Below, piece after piece: positions 17,929 to 31,197 of a stretch of DNA of 64,000 nt. Source of the stretch: Pseudomonas aeruginosa PAO1 (GTDB lineage Bacteria; Pseudomonadota; Gammaproteobacteria; Pseudomonadales; Pseudomonadaceae); NCBI RefSeq assembly GCF_000006765.1, contig NC_002516.2; one strand, given 5' to 3'. Both the position numbers and the translations under genes were made by a program. The notes beneath the pieces are model-generated. The model was not told where the DNA came from. It saw nothing but the letters and a program-made list of their open reading frames with translations, and searched no databases. Every line of letters begins with the position of its first letter. Position 1 is the first letter of the stretch.

Positions 17929-19605
17929 ATGCTGGTTCACCTGTCCGTTCACAACTACGCCATCGTCGAGCACCTGGATCTCGAACTCGCTACCGGCATG
18001 AGCGTGATCACCGGCGAAACCGGTGCGGGCAAGTCGATCATGCTCGACGCCCTCGGCCTTACCCTCGGCGACCGCGCCGACAGCGGCGCGGTACGTCCCG
18101 GAGCGGACAAGGCCGACATTCTCGCCAGCTTCGACGTCAGTGCCATCGCCGAGGCCCGCGACTGGCTCGCCGAGCGCGACCTGGAACAGGACGGTCCGTG
18201 CATCCTGCGCCGGGTGATCACTGCCGAAGGTCGCTCGCGTGCCTACATCAACGGCACGCCCTGCCCGCTGGGCGACCTGAAGAGCCTGGGCGAACTGCTG
18301 ATCGACATCCATAGCCAGCACGAGCACCAGTCGCTGCTGAAGAGCGAGACCCACCGGCGCCTGCTCGACGAGTACGCCGGCTGCCAGGAGCTGGCGCGCC
18401 AGGTGCAGCTCGCCGCGCAACGCTGGAAGCAGACCAGCCAGGAACTCGAACGCCTGTCGCGTAGCGGCGACGAACAACGCGCCCGCCACCAGTTGCTCAG
18501 CTACCAGCTGGAAGAACTGGAAAACCTGTCCCTCGGCGAAAACGAACTGGAAAGCCTGGAGCAGGAGCAGAAGACCCTGAGCAACGCCGAAAGCCTGCTC
18601 GCCGCCTGCCGCCAAGTCGTGGAAATGTGCAGCGAGAGCGATGCCGGCAACGTCCTTTCCGCGCTCAATGCCAGCCTCAACCGCCTGACCTCGTTCAGCG
18701 GCCAGCCCGCCGCTCTCGGCGAAGCGGTCAACCTGTTGTCCAGCGCGCAGATCCAGGTCGAGGAGGCGATCGGCGAACTGAACCGCTTCGTCGACCACTT
18801 CGATGCCGATCCCAATCGCCAGCAGCAGGTCGAGGAGCGCCTGGACGTCATTTACTCCCTGGCGCGCAAGCACCGGGTCCAGCCCGCCGAACTGGCCGAC
18901 CTGCAGCAGCGCCTGTTCGACGAACTGGAGGCGCTGAACGCCGACGACGAAGCAGTCGGACGCCTGGGCGACGAGCTGGCCGCCTACGCCCGGCATTACC
19001 AGGAAGAAGCCGAAGAACTGAGCCGCCTGCGCCAGGCCGCGGCCGCACCTCTTGCCGCCAGCGTGGAGCAGGAAATGCAGCGCCTGGGCATGCCCGGGGG
19101 GCGCTTCGCCATCGTCCTGCATCCCGGCGACAGCGCCGAGCCGCAGGCCAACGGACTGGAAAGCGTGGAGTTCCTGGTCAGCGCCAACCCCGGGCAGCCG
19201 CTGAAAGGGCTGGCCAAGGTCGCCTCGGGCGGCGAACTGTCGCGGATCAGCCTGGCGATCCAGGTGATCACGGCACAGACCTCGCGCATCCCCACCCTGG
19301 TCTTCGACGAAGTCGACGTCGGCATCGGCGGCCCCACCGCCGAAGTGGTCGGACAGTTGCTGCGCCGCCTCGGCGAACGCGGCCAGGTCCTCACCGTGAC
19401 CCACTTGCCGCAGGTCGCCGCCCAGGGCCACCAGCACCTGTTCGTGCACAAGGAACGCGGCAGCAGCGAAACCCGTACGGCGGTCGCCACCCTGAACAAG
19501 GCCCAGCGGATCGAGGAGATCGCCCGCATGCTCGGCGGCGTCGACCTGACCAAGGAATCCCTGGCCCACGCGAAGAAACTGGTCAACCTGGCCGCCCAGA
19601 ACTGA
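17929..19605 (+). CDS. recN: DNA repair protein RecN
   Basis: TGETGAGKS Walker A, coiled coil, ASGGELSR signature and FDEVD Walker B. Confidence 0.98.
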   Translation: MLVHLSVHNYAIVEHLDLELATGMSVITGETGAGKSIMLDALGLTLGDRADSGAVRPGADKADILASFDVSAIAEARDWLAERDLEQDGPCILRRVITAEGRSRAYINGTPCPLGDLKSLGELLIDIHSQHEHQSLLKSETHRRLLDEYAGCQELARQVQLAAQRWKQTSQELERLSRSGDEQRARHQLLSYQLEELENLSLGENELESLEQEQKTLSNAESLLAACRQVVEMCSESDAGNVLSALNASLNRLTSFSGQPAALGEAVNLLSSAQIQVEEAIGELNRFVDHFDADPNRQQQVEERLDVIYSLARKHRVQPAELADLQQRLFDELEALNADDEAVGRLGDELAAYARHYQEEAEELSRLRQAAAAPLAASVEQEMQRLGMPGGRFAIVLHPGDSAEPQANGLESVEFLVSANPGQPLKGLAKVASGGELSRISLAIQVITAQTSRIPTLVFDEVDVGIGGPTAEVVGQLLRRLGERGQVLTVTHLPQVAAQGHQHLFVHKERGSSETRTAVATLNKAQRIEEIARMLGGVDLTKESLAHAKKLVNLAAQN

Positions 19606-19626
19606 ACGTTCCTTCAATGGAAAATG

Positions 19627-19654
19627 AAAACGGCGACCCCAGGGTCGCCGTTTT
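19627..19654. terminator. Bidirectional terminator between recN and fur
   Basis: AAAACGGCGACCC-CA-GGGTCGCCGTTTT. Confidence 0.8.
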
Positions 19655-19674
19655 CGCATGGAACCGTTGCGCGA

Positions 19675-20079
19675 CTACTTCTTCTTGCGCACGTAGAGCA
19701 CCAGATTGTGATCGACCAGCTCGAAGCCGCGCTCGCGGACGATTTCCTTCTGGCGCTTCTCGATTTCCGCATCCATGAACTCGATCACCTCGCCGGTATC
19801 GACGCAGACCATGTGGTCGTGGTGGCCGCTATCGGCGAGCTCGAACACGGCATGGCCGCCATCGAAGTTGTGACGCACCACCAGGCCGGCGGCCTCGAAC
19901 TGGGTCAGCACCCGATAGACGGTTGCCAGGCCCACGTCCTCGCCTGCTTCCATCAGCGCCTTGTACACGTCTTCGGCGCTCATGTGGCGTTGCTCGGCCG
20001 AGTCGAGCATCTGCAGGATCTTGACCCGCGGCAGGGTCACTTTAAGGCCGGCTTTTCGAAGTTCGCTATTTTCAACCAT
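19675..20079 (-). CDS. fur: Ferric uptake regulator
   Basis: GLKVTLPR, GLATVYRVL and HHDHMVC motifs. Confidence 0.99.
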   Translation of the reverse strand: MVENSELRKAGLKVTLPRVKILQMLDSAEQRHMSAEDVYKALMEAGEDVGLATVYRVLTQFEAAGLVVRHNFDGGHAVFELADSGHHDHMVCVDTGEVIEFMDAEIEKRQKEIVRERGFELVDHNLVLYVRKKK

Positions 20080-20176
20080 GTCTGCTTTCTCAGCGCGGGA
20101 TGTTTCGCAGTATCCCGGAATACGGGTATGATCGGGCTTTTATTTGCCCAGCCAAGATAGTGGAAGTCGCTCACCG

Positions 20177-20707
20177 ATGCAAAACGCCAAGCTCATGCTG
20201 ACCTGTCTCGCTTTCGCGGGGCTTGCCGCACTCGCCGGTTGCTCGTTTCCTGGCGTCTATAAAATCGACATCCAGCAAGGCAACGTCGTAACGCAGGACA
20301 TGATAGACCAGTTGCGTCCCGGAATGACCCGACGCCAAGTGCGGTTTATCATGGGCAACCCGCTCATCGTCGATACCTTCCACGCCAATCGTTGGGACTA
20401 CCTCTACAGCATCCAGCCGGGCGGCGGTCGTCGCCAGCAGGAGCGCGTCAGCCTGTTCTTCAACGACAGCGACCAGCTGGCCGGCCTGAACGGCGACTTC
20501 ATGCCCGGCGTCAGCCGCGACGAAGCGATCCTCGGCAAGGAAGGCAGCACCACCGTCACCCAGCCGGCCGACCAGCAGAAACCGGAAGCGCAGAAAGAAG
20601 AGCCGCCGAAACCGGGCTCCACCCTGGAACAGCTCCAGCGCGAAGTGGACGAAGCCCAGCCGGTACCGGTTCCGACTCCCGAACCTCTGGACCCCAGCCC
20701 GCAATGA
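20177..20707 (+). CDS. bamE: Outer-membrane lipoprotein BamE (OmlA)
   Basis: Lipobox LAGC, IDIQQGN and [12 protein letters not shown] motifs; divergent from fur. Confidence 0.96.
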
Positions 20708-20722
20708 CGGCTGGCGTTCCAC

Positions 20723-20752
20723 GAAAAAGCCCGGCATTCGCCGGGCTTTTTC
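20723..20752. terminator. Bidirectional terminator between bamE and the RnfH-family gene
   Basis: GAAAAAGCCCGGC-ATTC-GCCGGGCTTTTTC. Confidence 0.85.
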
Positions 20753-20774
20753 ATTTCCGCAGGAAACCCCTCGG

Positions 20775-21080
20775 CTAACCGCCTTCGCGTTCGCTCCGGG
20801 CCCGTGCGGCACGCTGCTTGCGCACCTCCTTGGGATCGGCGATCAGCGGGCGGTAGATCTCCACCCGTTCGCCGGCCTCCAGCACTCGCTCCTCCGGGCG
20901 TGCCAGGAGCTTGCCGAAGATACCCAGCGGGCAACCTTGCACATCCAGCCCTGGAAAGGCCTCGGCGATGCCGGAGAGCAGCACGGCCTCGCGTGCGCTG
21001 GTACCTGCCGGCACGCTCAGGCGCAGTAACGCCTGTCGCTCCGGCAGCGCGTAGACCACCTCGACGGCGATCTCAGCCAT
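20775..21080 (-). CDS. RnfH/RatB-family ubiquitin-like protein
   Basis: VEVVYA...GIFGK...RVEIYRPLIADPKEVRKQRA. Confidence 0.9.
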   Translation of the reverse strand: MAEIAVEVVYALPERQALLRLSVPAGTSAREAVLLSGIAEAFPGLDVQGCPLGIFGKLLARPEERVLEAGERVEIYRPLIADPKEVRKQRAARARSEREGG

Positions 21081-21507
21081 AGAGTTGCTTGGCGCGCTGG
21101 CAGAACGCGTCGACCATGGTGTTGGCGGCCTGGGTGAACAGCGGCCCGAGGGTCGCCTTGACCAGCGGCCCGGCGTAATCGAAGGTCAGGTCGAGGGTGA
21201 TCTTGCAGGCCTTCTCGCCAAGCGCCTTGAACTGCCAGACGCCATGCAGTTCGGTGAACGGTCCGTTTTCCAGGTTCATCTCGATGGAAGCTCCCGGCAC
21301 CAACACGTTGCGGGTGGTGAAGCGCTGGCTGAGGCTACCCTTGGCCACGGTCAGCTCGGCGCGCATCAGGCTTTCGCTCTCCTCCAGGACCTGGCTGGCC
21401 GAACACCAGGGCAGGAACTCCGGATAGCGCTTCACGTCGTTCACCAAATCGAACAGCGCGCGGGCGGGATAAGGCAACAGCGCCGAACGCTGGATATGGG
21501 TGCTCAT
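21073..21507 (-). CDS. ratA: RatA/PasT-family START-domain (Coq10-like) protein
   Basis: LVNDVKRYPEFLPWC and AFCQRA motifs; overlaps the RnfH gene; divergent from smpB. Confidence 0.9.
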   Translation of the reverse strand: MSTHIQRSALLPYPARALFDLVNDVKRYPEFLPWCSASQVLEESESLMRAELTVAKGSLSQRFTTRNVLVPGASIEMNLENGPFTELHGVWQFKALGEKACKITLDLTFDYAGPLVKATLGPLFTQAANTMVDAFCQRAKQLYG

Positions 21508-21782
21508 AGAACTCTCACTTCTGCTGTCGAGCGGGCGACTCCCCAAGCATAGCCGGCGGGACGGCGGCATCCGCCACGGCGGCGCGCTGCGCCCGTCGAC
21601 CGGGGCCAGGGTTCGGCAGAAAAAACGCTCAGCGCAGCCTGACGCCACTTGAAGACTTTTCTTACAAAACCTTGGCCAGCGGCCAGGAAAAGAGTGGGCA
21701 TTGTCCGAAATTCACCTCTATCCCTCAAGCGCGACGCCGCCCCATAGCGGTGAAGCCGGCGACTCCCTATAATGCGCCGCCT

Positions 21783-22262
21783 ATGGCTAAGCAGAAGAAA
21801 CACCCTTCGGGGACCATCGCGCAGAACAAGAAGGCTCTGCACGACTATTTCATCGAACAACGCTTCGAGGCGGGCGTCGCCCTGGCGGGCTGGGAAGTGA
21901 AAAGCCTGCGCGCCGGCAAGGCCCAGTTGGTCGACAGCTACGTGCTGCTCAAGGATGGCGAGGCCTGGCTGCTCGGCAGCCACATCACGCCCCTGACCAC
22001 CGCCAGCACGCACGTGATCGCCGACCCGGTGCGCACGCGCAAGCTGCTGCTGCACAAGCGCGAACTGGGCAAGCTGTTCGGCGCCGTGCAACAGAAGGGC
22101 TACGCCTGCGTCGCTCTGTCGATGTACTGGAAGAAGCACCTGGTCAAGTGCGAGATCGCCCTGGCCAAGGGCAAGAAGGACTTCGACAAGCGCCACACCG
22201 AGAAGGAGCGCGACTCCGATCGGGAGATCCAGCGCGCCATGCGCCACGGCAAGGACGACTGA
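21783..22262 (+). CDS. smpB: SsrA-binding protein SmpB
   Basis: [16 protein letters not shown] and GKKDFDKR motifs. Confidence 0.98.
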   Translation: MAKQKKHPSGTIAQNKKALHDYFIEQRFEAGVALAGWEVKSLRAGKAQLVDSYVLLKDGEAWLLGSHITPLTTASTHVIADPVRTRKLLLHKRELGKLFGAVQQKGYACVALSMYWKKHLVKCEIALAKGKKDFDKRHTEKERDSDREIQRAMRHGKDD

Positions 22263-22284
22263 GCGCGTCCCTGCCCGCGCCTCG

Positions 22285-23058
22285 CTAGTCTTCCTGCACG
22301 CTGCGCCGGCGCTGCGAGCGCTTCATCCTGCGCGCCTCTTCCTGGACCTCCGCCAGGACCTCCTGCACATAGTGGATGTGCTGGTTGGACACCTCCCGGG
22401 CCAGCTCCGCCTGACCGCTGATGATCGCGTCGTATAGGCGCTGGTGCTGCTCCATCAGTTGCGCGCGGGTTTCCGTGCGCTGCGCGTACATCCCGCCGAT
22501 ATTGGTCACCACGTTGCGCCGCAGCAAGTCGAACAGGCCCTTGATGGTGTGCAGCAGCACGGTGTTGTGGCTGGCCTCGGCGATCGCCAGGTGGAAGCGC
22601 GCGTCGGCGGCACCCTCTTCCGCGCTGACCTGGTCGTTGCGCGCATAGCAGGCCTGGAGCGCCTCGAAGGCCTCGGTCAGGCGCTGGTGATCGAGGGAGG
22701 TCGCACGCAGCGCCGCGTAGTAGGCACAGGACCCTTCCAGCGTGTGGCGAAACTCCAGCAGGTCGCGCTGGGCCTCCGGGTTACCCTCCAGCAGGTGCAG
22801 CAGCGGATCGCTGAAAGTCGCGCCCAGCGATTCGGTCACATAGTTGCCGCCACCCTGGCGGCTGACCAGCAGCCCCTTCGCCACCAGTTTCTGGATCGCC
22901 TCGCGCAGCGACGGCCGGGAAACCCCGAACTGCTCGGCAAGCACGCGCTCGGCGGGCAGCCGCTCGCCGGACTTCAGCGTGCCCTCCAGGATCATCGCCT
23001 CCAGTTGCGCAACGATGTCATCCGACAGACGGCGCTGCCTGACCTGACCAAATTCCAT
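22285..23058 (-). CDS. lldR: GntR/FadR-family lactate-responsive repressor LldR
   Basis: N-terminal GntR HTH (LPAERVLAEQFGVSRPSLREA) plus FCD domain; divergent from lldP. Confidence 0.92.
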   Translation of the reverse strand: MEFGQVRQRRLSDDIVAQLEAMILEGTLKSGERLPAERVLAEQFGVSRPSLREAIQKLVAKGLLVSRQGGGNYVTESLGATFSDPLLHLLEGNPEAQRDLLEFRHTLEGSCAYYAALRATSLDHQRLTEAFEALQACYARNDQVSAEEGAADARFHLAIAEASHNTVLLHTIKGLFDLLRRNVVTNIGGMYAQRTETRAQLMEQHQRLYDAIISGQAELAREVSNQHIHYVQEVLAEVQEEARRMKRSQRRRSVQED

Positions 23059-23213
23059 ATCCCGACACCCTTACCCGAAGTTTCGTCGCAAAGCCTCTGC
23101 CATGCGCCCAGCGCGAAAAAGAGAGGAAGCGTACCGAGCCGCTCCCCGCACCACAAGCGAGGCGCCACGAGCCCCGCACGAGCATCCCTAGACAAAAGTC
23201 GTAGACGGGCAAA

Positions 23214-23243
23214 TTGACACGCCGAACGCTCGACTCTTAACCT
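23214..23243 (+). promoter_or_regulatory. Sigma70 promoter of lldPDE
   Basis: TTGACA-N18-TAACCT. Confidence 0.65.
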
Positions 23244-23260
23244 GAGCGCTCGCTTTTGTA

Positions 23261-23277
23261 AATTGGTCTTACCAATT
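23261..23277. promoter_or_regulatory. LldR operator
   Basis: Palindrome AATTGGT-CTT-ACCAATT (PdhR/LldR-type) just downstream of the promoter. Confidence 0.9.
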
Positions 23278-23386
23278 ATGCGAGCTTTGCCAGGTTCGGC
23301 TGCCCAGCGCCCTTGCACACACAGGTCTTGGCGCGTATCCGATCTGGTCACAGGCAAACCCAACAACAATTAGGGAGCCAACCCCC

Positions 23387-25075
23387 ATGCAAGCCTGGCA
23401 ACAACTCTATACCCCCCTGGGCAGTCTCGGCCTGTCGGCCGCCGCGGCCGTCATCCCGATCGTGTTCTTCTTCCTCGCCCTGGCGGTATTCCGCCTCAAG
23501 GGCCACATCGCCGGCAGCATCACCCTGGCGCTGGCCATCGCGGTGGCCATCTTCGCCTTCCACATGCCCGCCGACATGGCCTTCGCCGCCGCCGGCTACG
23601 GCTTCCTCTACGGTCTCTGGCCGATCGCCTGGATCATCGTCGCCGCGGTCTTCCTCTACAAACTGACGGTGAAGAGCGGCCAGTTCGAGGTGATCCGCAG
23701 CTCGGTGCTGTCGATTACCGGCGACCAGCGCCTGCAGGTACTGCTGATCGGCTTCTCCTTCGGGGCCTTCCTCGAAGGCGCCGCCGGTTTCGGCGCGCCG
23801 GTGGCGATCACCGCCGCCCTGCTCGTCGGCCTCGGCTTCAATCCGCTCTACGCCGCCGGCCTGTGCCTGATCGCCAACACTGCGCCGGTGGCCTTTGGCG
23901 CACTGGGCATCCCGATCATCGTCGCCGGCCAGGTGACCGGCATCGACGCCTTCAAGATCGGCGCCATGACCGGCCGCCAACTGCCGTTCCTGTCGATCCT
24001 GGTACCGTTCTGGCTGGTGTTCATGATGGACGGCTGGCGCGGCATCCGCGAAACCTGGCCGGCCGCCATCGTCGCCGGCGGCAGCTTCGCCATCACCCAG
24101 TACCTGACGTCCAACTTCATCGGCCCGGAGTTGCCGGACATCACCTCGGCACTGGTCAGCCTGGTCTCCCTGACCCTGTTCCTCAAGGTCTGGCAGCCGC
24201 AGGGCGCCAGCGAAGCGCTCGCCGCAGGCGGAGGCGCGGCCGTGGCCGTGGCTGGTGGCGGCTTCGGCGGGCAACGCAGCGTCGAACCGTCCGCCTACAG
24301 CTTCGGCGAGATCCTCAAGGCCTGGTCGCCGTTCCTGGTGCTCACCGTACTGGTGACCATCTGGACCCTGAAACCTTTCAAGGCCCTGTTCGCCCCGGGC
24401 GGCGAGCTCTACTGGCTGGTGTTCAACTTCGCCATCCCGCACCTCGACCAACTGGTGGTCAAGGGCGCGCCGATCGCCACCAGCGCCACGCCGATCGCGG
24501 CGGTATTCAAGTTCGACCCGATCTCCGCCACCGGCACGGCGATCTTCCTCTCGGCGTTGGTATCGATGTTCATTCTGCGCATCGGAGCGAAGATTGGTAT
24601 TACCACTTTCAAGGAAGTCCTGGTAGAGCTGAAGTGGCCGATCCTGTCCATCGGCATGGTCCTGGCCTTCGCCTTCGTCACCAACTACTCGGGCATGTCC
24701 ACCACCCTGGCCCTGGTCCTGGCCGGTACCGGCGCGGCGTTCCCGTTCTTCTCGCCGTTCCTCGGCTGGCTGGGGGTATTCCTGACCGGTTCGGATACGT
24801 CCTCCAACGCCCTGTTCAGCTCCCTGCAGTCGACCACCGCGCACCAGATCGGGGTCAGCGACACCCTGCTGGTGGCCGCCAATACCAGCGGCGGCGTGAC
24901 CGGCAAGATGATCTCCCCGCAATCTATCGCCGTGGCCTGCGCCGCGACCGGGATGGTCGGCAAGGAATCCGACCTGTTCCGCTTCACCCTGAAGCACAGC
25001 CTGATCTTCGCCGCGCTGGTCGGACTGATCACCCTGGCCCAGGCATACCTATTCACCGGCATGCTGGTGCACTGA
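23387..25075 (+). CDS. lldP: L-lactate permease
   Basis: [18 protein letters not shown] and GKMISPQS motifs; multi-TM. Confidence 0.96.
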   Translation: MQAWQQLYTPLGSLGLSAAAAVIPIVFFFLALAVFRLKGHIAGSITLALAIAVAIFAFHMPADMAFAAAGYGFLYGLWPIAWIIVAAVFLYKLTVKSGQFEVIRSSVLSITGDQRLQVLLIGFSFGAFLEGAAGFGAPVAITAALLVGLGFNPLYAAGLCLIANTAPVAFGALGIPIIVAGQVTGIDAFKIGAMTGRQLPFLSILVPFWLVFMMDGWRGIRETWPAAIVAGGSFAITQYLTSNFIGPELPDITSALVSLVSLTLFLKVWQPQGASEALAAGGGAAVAVAGGGFGGQRSVEPSAYSFGEILKAWSPFLVLTVLVTIWTLKPFKALFAPGGELYWLVFNFAIPHLDQLVVKGAPIATSATPIAAVFKFDPISATGTAIFLSALVSMFILRIGAKIGITTFKEVLVELKWPILSIGMVLAFAFVTNYSGMSTTLALVLAGTGAAFPFFSPFLGWLGVFLTGSDTSSNALFSSLQSTTAHQIGVSDTLLVAANTSGGVTGKMISPQSIAVACAATGMVGKESDLFRFTLKHSLIFAALVGLITLAQAYLFTGMLVH

Positions 25076-25229
25076 CCGCGCCCTGATCGGCCGCGCGTCG
25101 GCGATACTGCGCAGGAAATGGCCCGGGGAGGCTCGCCTACGATCGTAGGCCCGGCTCCCTTGGCCATTTCCGCCGTGTCCCGCTCCACTGCGCTCGATGC
25201 AAAACCTTTCGACACAACGGAAGAGCCCA

Positions 25230-26375
25230 ATGATCATTTCCGCTTCCACCGACTACCGCGCCGCCGCCCAACGCAAGCTGCCGCCGTTCCTCTTCCACTA
25301 CATCGACGGCGGCGCCTACGCCGAGTACACCCTGCGCCGCAACGTCGAGGACCTGTCGGCCATCGCCCTGCGTCAGCGGGTGCTGAAGAACATGTCCGAG
25401 CTGAGCCTGGAAACCCGCCTGTTCGACGAGACCCTGGCGATGCCGGTGGCGCTCGCCCCGGTCGGTCTCACCGGCATGTACGCCCGCCGCGGCGAGGTCC
25501 AGGCGGCGCGCGCGGCGGCGGCGAAGGGCGTGCCCTTCACCCTGTCGACGGTATCGGTGTGCCCGATTGAGGAGGTCGCCCCGGCCATCGACCGGCCGAT
25601 GTGGTTCCAGCTCTACGTGCTGAAGGACCGCGGCTTCATGCGCAACGCCCTGGAGCGGGCCAAGGCCGCCGGCGTCACCACCCTGGTGTTCACCGTCGAC
25701 ATGCCGGTCCCCGGCGCCCGCTACCGCGACGCCCATTCCGGCATGAGCGGCCCCTACGCCGCGCCGCGCCGCATCCTGCAAGCCATGACCCACCCGGCCT
25801 GGGCCTGGGACGTCGGCCTGCTGGGCAAGCCCCACGACCTCGGCAACATTTCCGCCTACCGCGGCAACCCGACCGGACTGGAGGACTACATCGGCTGGCT
25901 GGGCGCCAACTTCGACCCGTCGATTTCCTGGAAGGACCTGGAGTGGATCCGCGAGTTCTGGGACGGCCCGATGGTGATCAAGGGCATCCTCGACCCGGAG
26001 GATGCCAGGGATGCGGTGAAGTTCGGCGCCGACGGCATCGTCGTCTCCAACCACGGCGGGCGCCAGCTCGACGGCGTGCTGTCCAGCGCCCGCGCGCTGC
26101 CGGCGATAGCCGATGCGGTGAAGGGTGAACTGGCGATCCTTGCCGACTCCGGCATCCGCACCGGTCTCGACGTGGTGCGGATGATCGCCCTCGGCGCCGA
26201 CAGCGTGCTGCTCGGCCGCGCCTTCGTCTACGCCCTGGCCGCCGCCGGCGAGGCCGGGGTGCGCAACCTGCTCGAACTGATCGAAAAGGAAATGCGCGTG
26301 GCCATGGTCCTCACCGGGGCCAAGTCGATCGGCGAGATCAGCGCCGACTCGCTGGTCCGCGAACTGGGCGCCTGA
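25230..26375 (+). CDS. lldD: FMN-dependent L-lactate dehydrogenase
   Basis: MIISASTDY start and SNHGGRQLD motif. Confidence 0.97.
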   Translation: MIISASTDYRAAAQRKLPPFLFHYIDGGAYAEYTLRRNVEDLSAIALRQRVLKNMSELSLETRLFDETLAMPVALAPVGLTGMYARRGEVQAARAAAAKGVPFTLSTVSVCPIEEVAPAIDRPMWFQLYVLKDRGFMRNALERAKAAGVTTLVFTVDMPVPGARYRDAHSGMSGPYAAPRRILQAMTHPAWAWDVGLLGKPHDLGNISAYRGNPTGLEDYIGWLGANFDPSISWKDLEWIREFWDGPMVIKGILDPEDARDAVKFGADGIVVSNHGGRQLDGVLSSARALPAIADAVKGELAILADSGIRTGLDVVRMIALGADSVLLGRAFVYALAAAGEAGVRNLLELIEKEMRVAMVLTGAKSIGEISADSLVRELGA

Positions 26376-26441
26376 GACGCCCACCAGAAAAGCCTGAAAA
26401 CGCCCGGGGCGTGACCGTCGTCCCAGGGCCGAGGAAAGCCG

Positions 26442-29253
<2,812 letters not shown>

Positions 29254-29258
<5 letters not shown>

Positions 29259-29440
29259 GGCGAATAACCACTCGCGGTTATCCGCCGGGCCATGCTCCGC
29301 AGAAGCGGCGGATAGCGCCGCTGGCGCTGTTCGCCCTACCTCACGACTCCCACCGGTAGGGCGAATAACCGCTCGCGGTCATCCGCCGGGCCATGCTCCG
29401 CAGAAGCGGCGGATAGCGCCGCTGGCGCTATTCGCCCTAC
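29254..29440. repeat. Array of four GTAG-family REP palindromes (two tandem inverted REP pairs)
   Basis: Unit GGTAGGGCGAATAACC..GGTTATCCGCC-spacer-GGCGGATAGCGCC..GGCGCT(G/A)TTCGCCCTAC at 29254-29340 and 29355-29440 (101 bp period). Confidence 0.9.
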
Positions 29441-29501
29441 GTCAGGCGAAATGGCTGCTCCGGCGTCGTCGGCCCGCGCCGGGTCGGGCAAAAAATCCGT
29501 C

Positions 29502-29518
29502 GTTAAGCACCTCTTAAG
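29502..29518 (+). promoter_or_regulatory. PmrA box of the speD-speE-orf-pmrAB operon
   Basis: GTTAAG-N5-CTTAAG direct repeat 68 bp upstream of the speD ATG. Confidence 0.8.
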
Positions 29519-29585
29519 TCAGCCGCGCCTATCGTGCCTTCCACCGCGAGGACATCCCTCGCCGAAACGGAAGCAGGAGGCCTTC

Positions 29586-30068
29586 ATGGCAATTCAACCG
29601 TTGCGACTCGATCCGATCACCGTGCTCGGCAAGCAACTGGTCATCGAGCTGTTCGACTGCGTCGACCAGCGCTTCGACGATATCCAGTGGATCGAGGAAA
29701 GCATGCTCGAGGCCGCCCGCCAGGCCAACGCCACCATCATCACCTCGGCGTTCCACAAGTTCAGCCCGATCGGCATCTCCGGCGTGGTGGTGATCGCCGA
29801 ATCGCACCTGGCGATCCATACCTGGCCGGAGTACGGCTATGCCGCGGTCGACGTGTTCACCTGCGGCGACGTACTCGATGGCGCCCAGGCCGTGCGCGTG
29901 CTCAGCGAACGCCTGGGCAGCCGTCGGCACCTGATCTCGAGCATGGACCGCGGCCTCGGCGGCCATCGCCTGGGGCTGCTCAGCCGCAGCCTGGCCGGCA
30001 ATGGCCCGGTCGACGAAGACAGCCCGACCCTGCGCTGGGCGCTGGGCCAGGGCACGGGGGTGGCCTGA
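29586..30068 (+). CDS. speD: S-adenosylmethionine decarboxylase proenzyme (SpeD2)
   Basis: GISGVVVIAESHLAIHTWPEYGYAAVDVFTCG with the pyruvoyl-forming ES site. Confidence 0.93.
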   Translation: MAIQPLRLDPITVLGKQLVIELFDCVDQRFDDIQWIEESMLEAARQANATIITSAFHKFSPIGISGVVVIAESHLAIHTWPEYGYAAVDVFTCGDVLDGAQAVRVLSERLGSRRHLISSMDRGLGGHRLGLLSRSLAGNGPVDEDSPTLRWALGQGTGVA

Positions 30069-31195
30069 TGGATACGCCGATCGAACGCGCCCCGCTGGCT
30101 CCCGACCTGAGCCAGGCCCGTTACGCCGTCGACCTCACCGGCCTGGTGCCGGCGGAGGTCGCCGCCGGGCTGCCGCCGCTGCCGCCGAACCACTTCTATT
30201 TCTATCCGCCGGACCCGCTGCTGGAAGGCGACGGCGCGATCACCGCGATCGAGGACAGCGACCCCTTCGACCAGTACGTCTACCGCCTGCGCCGGGTGCT
30301 CTACCAGGGCCGCACGCGCTGGCAGAACGTGCTGATCGCCGACACCTACAACTACGACCGCGTGCTGATGCTCGACGGCGCGATCCAGAGCGCCGAGAGC
30401 GATGAGTCGCTGTACCACGAGCTGCTGGTGCAGCCGGCCATGCTCGCCCACGACGAGCCGCGCGACGTACTGATCATCGGCGGCGGCGAAGGCGCCACCC
30501 TGCGCGAGGTGCTGTCCCATGCCAGCGTGCGGCGGGCGGTGATGGTCGATCTCGACCGGGAGCTGGTGGAACTGTGTCGCGAACACCTGTTCCAGTGGCA
30601 CCAGGGCGCCTTCGACGACCCACGCTGCGAACTGCTCGCCGAGGACGGCCGGGCCTATCTCGAGCGCGACCCGTCGCTCTATGACGTGGTCATCATCGAC
30701 GTCGTCGACATGCTCGACAACGGCCCGGCCCAGGCTCTCTATACCCGCCAGTTCTACGAGCTGCTGCATTCGCGCCTGCGACCGGGCGGGGTGGTCGCGG
30801 TGCAGGGGCTGGAGTTCTCCCACAGCGACGACAAGCCCCACGCGGCCCTCGCCCGCACCCTGCGCAGTGTCTTCTCCCAGGTCCACAGCTACCGCGCCAC
30901 GGTGCCCTCGTTCCTCTCCTCCTGGGGCTTCCTGCTGGCTTCCGACTGGCTCGACACGAACCACTGGCAGGCCGAGGACATCGACCGACGCATCGAACGC
31001 AAGCTCGGCCCGCTGTGGCTCGACCACCTCGACGGCGACTACCTCAAGGCCTGCTTCGTGATGGACCGGGAAACCCGCTTCCTGCTCGCCCAACCGGGAC
31101 CGGTACTGGAAGACGGCGTACCCTTCGTCGCACCGCCGGATATCGAGGAGATCGAGTTCGGCCCGGCACAATTGCCGGCCCTGGCGAGGACCTGA
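30068..31195 (+). CDS. speE: Polyamine aminopropyltransferase (SpeE2)
   Basis: LDGAIQS, YHELLVQP and IIGGGEG SAM-binding motifs; start overlaps the speD stop. Confidence 0.92.
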   Translation: MDTPIERAPLAPDLSQARYAVDLTGLVPAEVAAGLPPLPPNHFYFYPPDPLLEGDGAITAIEDSDPFDQYVYRLRRVLYQGRTRWQNVLIADTYNYDRVLMLDGAIQSAESDESLYHELLVQPAMLAHDEPRDVLIIGGGEGATLREVLSHASVRRAVMVDLDRELVELCREHLFQWHQGAFDDPRCELLAEDGRAYLERDPSLYDVVIIDVVDMLDNGPAQALYTRQFYELLHSRLRPGGVVAVQGLEFSHSDDKPHAALARTLRSVFSQVHSYRATVPSFLSSWGFLLASDWLDTNHWQAEDIDRRIERKLGPLWLDHLDGDYLKACFVMDRETRFLLAQPGPVLEDGVPFVAPPDIEEIEFGPAQLPALART

Positions 31196-31197
31196 AG

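Noticed and set aside
22263-22284. tmRNA (ssrA) expected next to smpB
   Set aside because: No tmRNA termini or tag-peptide frame were found; smpB abuts the convergent lldR
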